A DNA stretch of 64,000 nt. Origin: Tubulanus polymorphus. Lineage: Eukaryota; Animalia; Nemertea. Below the pieces are notes generated by a model. That model did not search any database. It was not told where the DNA came from and was given only the letters and a program-made list of their open reading frames with translations. The stretch covers positions 1,736,001 to 1,800,000 of the forward strand of contig NC_134036.1 of assembly GCF_964204645.1 (NCBI RefSeq). The letters run 5' to 3'. Position numbers and translations under genes: made by a program. This document shows positions 62,801-64,000 of the stretch, piece by piece (the stretch's first letter is position 1; every line of letters starts with the position of its first letter).

Positions 62801-63663
62801 GCACCGGTGGGGGATTTTTTGATATTTTAATTCATTGACGTTGTTCTTTACCTCGTAAATAATAGTTATCGACAAGGATTAAAAATGGCCACCTTCTCAA
62901 AATTGATATTTCCATCTACTTATTCGTAATAATGAATAACAATTTAGCCATTCTTAAGACTAATTAACTCAAAAGTTGCGGCAACAACAGCAGCATATGT
63001 ATTTGTAAATCCTGGTTTAACACCAGGGATATATGCTACACTAATACCGCTTCGTAAACAAAATGGATAGAGGGCTCATCTTGCATTTGTTAAAGACAAG
63101 CTTCGGAAACTTAACCTTTGGGTCAAGTTTTATAATTTCAATTTTGCCACTTCAAACTTGGATTTTTTTGTGTTCACTATTAGTTAACACAAAAAAATCT
63201 GCTGTATTAATTGAGCAATCTTGTTTTGGGATGTCTAACCATGAAGAAATTCATGAACAAATAATTAACTAATTGTCATGAATTAACGTCGGTCATTAAC
63301 GTATATGGTGTAACACCGGTAGCTAATTAACTGAGCAATTAATGTTAATTACCTAATGAGCATTAATTAACATTAGCTACTACGGAAAACAATAATTAAA
63401 CAATAGACGAAATAACTAATATTCAAGCAAATAAATTAACAAGAAAAAGGTTTTTTGTAATGATCATAATAATAATAATAATAATAATAATTAAAAAGCG
63501 TTATCTCTACCTGATCCTCAATATCCGTAGTTCCGTTCGTGCCATTATTCTCACACAAGGTGGCGTTACTGACAGTGGTGCCGGCTGTGTTGGCAGTGTT
63601 GGGGATGTGGTATGGTGGGTACGTGCACGGGCGCTTTGCAGGTGGGTATGGTGCACCACTTAC
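10702..63663 (-). CDS. cpo: Couch potato / MEC-8 / RBPMS-family two-RRM RNA-binding protein; multi-exon, 5'-partial (start codon upstream of window)
   Basis: Exons with GT-AG boundaries and compatible phases: 63663-63511, 29634-29557, 27605-27552, 24693-24631, 23363-23222, 20661-20513, 14878-14580, 12374-12305, 11741-11631, 10761-10702. The join gives ...[93 protein letters not shown], the diagnostic cpo/RBPMS RRM1, followed by a His/Pro/Ala linker and RRM2 ([11 protein letters not shown]...VAFVEFA...[12 protein letters not shown]). Confidence 0.96.
11299..11620. repeat. 32-bp minisatellite, ~10 copies, next to the last donor site
   Basis: Unit GTGAACCTCTCCATCCCCTGTTACAACTACAC. Confidence 0.95.
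11631..11741 (-). CDS. cpo: cpo RRM2 C-terminal exon, 111 nt, [14 protein letters not shown]...[13 protein letters not shown]
   Basis: AAACAG acceptor, CCG|GTACGT donor; [10 protein letters not shown] motif of MEC-8-type RRM2. Confidence 0.93.
12305..12374 (-). CDS. cpo: cpo RRM2 exon, 70 nt, (R)[23 protein letters not shown]
   Basis: AACAG acceptor, GCT|GTAAGT donor, phase 2 to 0; RNP1-like PVAFVEF. Confidence 0.95.
14580..14878 (-). CDS. cpo: cpo exon, linker plus RRM2 start ([11 protein letters not shown]...[24 protein letters not shown]), 299 nt, ends in phase 2
   Basis: TGTCTTTGTAG acceptor, CG|GTAAGT donor; RNP2-like TLFVANI. Confidence 0.95.
15090..15560. repeat. Degenerate tandem repeat (~184-bp higher-order unit built from ~60-bp subunits)
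   Basis: GAGAGGACA.CTTCAGATGATGAAGGCCGAAGGACTGATTCCAATCCAATG occurs twice; AGATGCCTCTAG...GGCTGAGGAA recurs. Confidence 0.8.
17310..17339 (-). CDS. cpo: Candidate 30-nt microexon, [10 protein letters not shown]
   Basis: TTGTTTTCCGTTGATAG acceptor, CAG|GTACAT donor, phase 0-0; composition like the adjacent His/Pro/Ser/Gln linker. Confidence 0.55.
18998..19072 (-). CDS. cpo: Candidate cassette exon, 75 nt, [25 protein letters not shown]
   Basis: Pyrimidine-rich tract ending TAATTTCAG; AAT|GTAAGA donor; phase 0-0, stop-free; TGCATG about 76 nt downstream. Confidence 0.7.
20513..20661 (-). CDS. cpo: cpo linker exon, 149 nt, (Q)[18 protein letters not shown]...TQVPTMR
   Basis: TGTATTGTAG acceptor (TAG-AAG tandem), AGG|GTAAGT donor, phase 1 to 0; FFP..PEAW..P motif typical of the family. 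Confidence 0.93.
22427..22527 (-). CDS. cpo: Candidate alternative terminal (or stop-containing) exon, coding part: (H)[32 protein letters not shown]
   Basis: TTTATATCCACGCAG acceptor; open for 33 codons in exactly the phase (1) left by the upstream exon; followed by CAC-rich, UTR-like sequence, three Pumilio elements and AATAAA at 20805-20800. Confidence 0.6.
22930..23190. repeat. ~134-bp local duplication
   Basis: TTTTC..TTCGTTGGACCTGTT...GGGACAGGGATA...CACG..TAATCGATG occurs twice. Confidence 0.65.
23222..23363 (-). CDS. cpo: cpo exon, RRM1 C-terminus plus linker start ([23 protein letters not shown]...HPLAG), 142 nt, ends in phase 1
   Basis: TTTTCAG acceptor, C|GTAAGT donor; family motif RFDP...[11 protein letters not shown]. 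Confidence 0.97.
24375..24490. repeat. Single degenerate 109-bp family monomer
   Basis: GAAATGTCTAATGTCTGGTGTTTGTGGTTCATGTTCAATTAAAAATGTCCCAAGTGAAGCACTG. Confidence 0.8.
24631..24693 (-). CDS. cpo: cpo RRM1 exon (RNP1/alpha2), 63 nt, [21 protein letters not shown]
   Basis: TTTCAG acceptor, CAG|GTAAGC donor; RNP1-like PVGFVTF. Confidence 0.97.
27552..27605 (-). CDS. cpo: cpo RRM1 exon, variant B, canonical ([18 protein letters not shown]), 54 nt
   Basis: TTTTTTCAG acceptor, TCG|GTAAGT donor; canonical family sequence GYEGSL.K.T. Confidence 0.96.
28272..28325 (-). CDS. cpo: Duplicated RRM1 exon, variant A ([18 protein letters not shown]), predicted mutually exclusive with 27552-27605
   Basis: TTGTTATTTTCAG acceptor, GCA|GTGAGT donor, 54 nt, phase 0-0; 11/18 aa and 37/54 nt identical to the canonical exon, including synonymous third-position changes. 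Confidence 0.88.
28348..28712. promoter_or_regulatory. Five co-oriented CTCF-like motifs (CGCCCCCTRS) upstream of duplicated exon A
   Basis: At 28348, 28418, 28561, 28623 and 28700; resemble the reverse complement of the CTCF core CCASYAGRKGGCR. Confidence 0.5.
29557..29634 (-). CDS. cpo: cpo RRM1 exon (RNP2/beta1-alpha1), 78 nt, [26 protein letters not shown]; absent from the ORF track
   Basis: TTTTAG acceptor, AAG|GTAAAA donor; translation matches the canonical cpo/RBPMS RRM start. Confidence 0.97.
29700..29890. repeat. 47-bp repeat family, ~4 copies
   Basis: ACCAATCTAACAA.TTAAGACCAG units, as at 43043-43362. Confidence 0.88.
32860..33125. repeat. 109-bp satellite family, ~2.5 copies
   Basis: Same unit and orientation as 36165-36930. 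Confidence 0.9.
35281..35625. repeat. 116-bp tandem repeat, 3 copies
   Basis: ATAGCCCT.GACCACT at 35281, 35397, 35513. Confidence 0.92.
36165..36930. repeat. 109-bp satellite array (~7 copies) of a dispersed family
   Basis: Unit ...GTGTGGACGATCAGTTTTTGAAAGTGTGCTGATAAAATGTCTAATATCTGGTGTTTGTAGTTCATTTTCAATTAGAAATGTCTCAGATGAAGCACTGAACACATGTGAA; the ORF-track ORFs here recur every 109 bp. Confidence 0.97.
39735..39960. repeat. 47-bp repeat family, ~5 degenerate copies
   Basis: ACCAATCTAACAACTTAAGACCAGTC units. Confidence 0.85.
40303..40437. repeat. (GCT/GTT)n trinucleotide tract
   Basis: Directly visible in the sequence. Confidence 0.95.
40691..40960. repeat. Interrupted (CAG)n tract including (CAG)19 and (CAG)28; reads (CUG)n in the cpo pre-mRNA
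   Basis: Pure runs at 40703-40759 and 40847-40930. Confidence 0.97.
41154..41215 (-). promoter_or_regulatory. Intronic recursive splice site (ratchet point) CAG|GTAAGA
   Basis: About 50 nt of AG-free, pyrimidine-rich sequence (TTCTTTTATTTCATTTTCACTTAATTTCTTTTCTCCTTTGTATTTTTCAG) joined directly to GTAAGA; no coding exon follows. Confidence 0.75.
42947..43422. mobile_element. MITE-like element: ~40-bp terminal inverted repeats enclosing a 47-48-bp tandem array (~7 copies)
   Basis: Left GAATTAAGAAGTTCCACAATAGAATATTGTATGATAAAAT is the near-perfect reverse complement of right ATTTTATCATATAAAATTCTATTGTGGAACTTCTTGATTC; internal unit TTCTATAACCAATCTAACAACTTAAGACCAGTCTAAGCTCATTTTAG. Confidence 0.75.
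44050..44285. repeat. 109-bp satellite family, ~2 copies
   Basis: Same unit and orientation. Confidence 0.92.
44780..45223. repeat. 109-bp satellite family, ~4 copies
   Basis: Same unit and orientation. Confidence 0.94.
48027..48240. repeat. 60-bp tandem repeat, ~3.5 copies
   Basis: TAATT.TTACTGAA at 48031, 48091, 48151, 48211. Confidence 0.92.
49918..50155. mobile_element. Nested MITE-like hairpin elements with GGGCCCAGTT-type ends
   Basis: Outer arms GGCCCGGTTTTATAGACCGGTGTTAACTTAAACC / GGTTTAAGTTAATACCAGTCTATAAAATAAGACC; inner arms CCAGTTCCACAGT / ACTGTGGAACTGG. Confidence 0.7.
50640..50985. repeat. ~127-bp tandem repeat, ~3 copies (related copy at ~52530-52675)
   Basis: GAAACAAGGTATCATTTT recurs at ~50711, ~50838 and ~50964. 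Confidence 0.85.
52025..52050 (-). promoter_or_regulatory. Weaker candidate ratchet point TAG|GTAATC
   Basis: GGTGTTTATACGTTTTAG|GTAATC; lies almost exactly one third of the way along the 33.9-kb intron. Confidence 0.35.
53677..54703. repeat. 58-bp satellite array (~17 copies); degenerate relatives at ~11790-12290 and ~34440-34920
   Basis: Unit CATGGTTATATAAACCCTTCTAAAACGATGGCTACCTCCATAAAACCCCCTATGATAT. Confidence 0.97.
57055..57349. repeat. 93-bp tandem repeat, 3 copies
   Basis: CACCTTGTGGTACACC at 57055, 57148, 57241, 57334. Confidence 0.93.
58011..58121. mobile_element. Palindromic MITE-like element (~52-bp arms, 7-nt loop)
   Basis: GGGCTCAGTTTTATAGACTGGTATTACCTTTAACCCGGGGGCTAACTCAATT-cattatc-AATTGAGTTAGCCCCCGGTTTAAAGGTAATACCAGTCTATAAAACTGGGCCC; same family as the outer element at 49918. 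Confidence 0.85.
63511..63663 (-). CDS. cpo: cpo N-terminal coding exon, 153 nt ([12 protein letters not shown]...DIEDQ), phase 0-0
   Basis: Branch-like CACTAAT plus TGTTTTTGCAG acceptor; CAG|GTAGAG donor; 51 open codons ending in the acidic DIEDQ that precedes VRTLF in this family. Confidence 0.85.
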
Positions 63664-63681
63664 CTGCAAAAACAATTAGTG
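63658..63681 (-). promoter_or_regulatory. Recursive-splice-type junction CAG|GTAAGT at the start of the 153-nt exon
   Basis: Minus strand reads CACTAATTGTTTTTGCAG|GTAAGT: an acceptor directly followed by a perfect donor consensus. Confidence 0.65.
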
Positions 63682-63762
63682 AATAGCAGATAGTTTGTTT
63701 GTTTGTAAAAACTACGTTCATATATGATATACAAAGATATATCTATGAACCCCATTCAACAA

Positions 63763-63861
63763 GGCCCAGTTTTACACAAAAGGTTTACATCGATTTTTTG
63801 TTTTTTTTTTAAATCAAGCTGAATCGATTTGAGATTAGATCCCTTTTGTAAAACCGGACCC
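63763..63861. mobile_element. Degenerate MITE-like element with GGCCCAGTTTTACA ends
   Basis: GGCCCAGTTTTACACAAAAGG...CCCTTTTGTAAAACCGGACC inverted ends. Confidence 0.55.
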
Positions 63862-64000
63862 GGAAGTCAGCTGCTCAACTGTTGGTTAAAGTAAACCATC
63901 TCTTAAATACGGCAGTTACAATGCATAGGGGCTGCAGTTGGCCAAAAGTTTGTTACAAATAACCAGGGGATAAATACCATAGTAACAATGAACTTTTAAT

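Overview
AT-rich eukaryotic DNA from an invertebrate metazoan (species not determinable here). Almost the whole window is one minus-strand, 5'-partial gene of the couch potato (cpo)/MEC-8/RBPMS family of RRM splicing regulators. From splice sites and reading frame I reconstructed 10 core coding exons between 63663 and 10702, encoding about 392 aa with two RRMs; the start codon lies beyond the window's right edge. The main interest is an unusually rich RNA-processing architecture that the ORF track largely misses: (1) a tandemly duplicated 54-nt exon pair inside RRM1 that looks mutually exclusive (28272-28325 vs 27552-27605); (2) AG|GTAAG recursive-splice-type junctions at 63664 and 41160, plus a weaker one at 52031, that would cut the 33.9-kb intron into three ~11-kb pieces; (3) a candidate alternative last exon (from 22527) giving a single-RRM isoform ending ...KRKYNPFT with a CAC- and Pumilio-element-rich UTR; (4) frame-preserving 75-nt and 30-nt cassette exons in the inter-RRM linker; (5) clusters of the family's own CAC binding motif around the regulated exons, suggesting autoregulation; and (6) a probable ~9.5-kb 3' UTR. 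Introns carry dispersed satellite families (109, 58, 47 and 32 bp), MITE-like hairpins, opposed CAG/CTG tracts and CTCF-like motif clusters; a tRNA-derived SINE lies just past the gene's 3' end. All isoform claims are sequence-based predictions that need transcript data.
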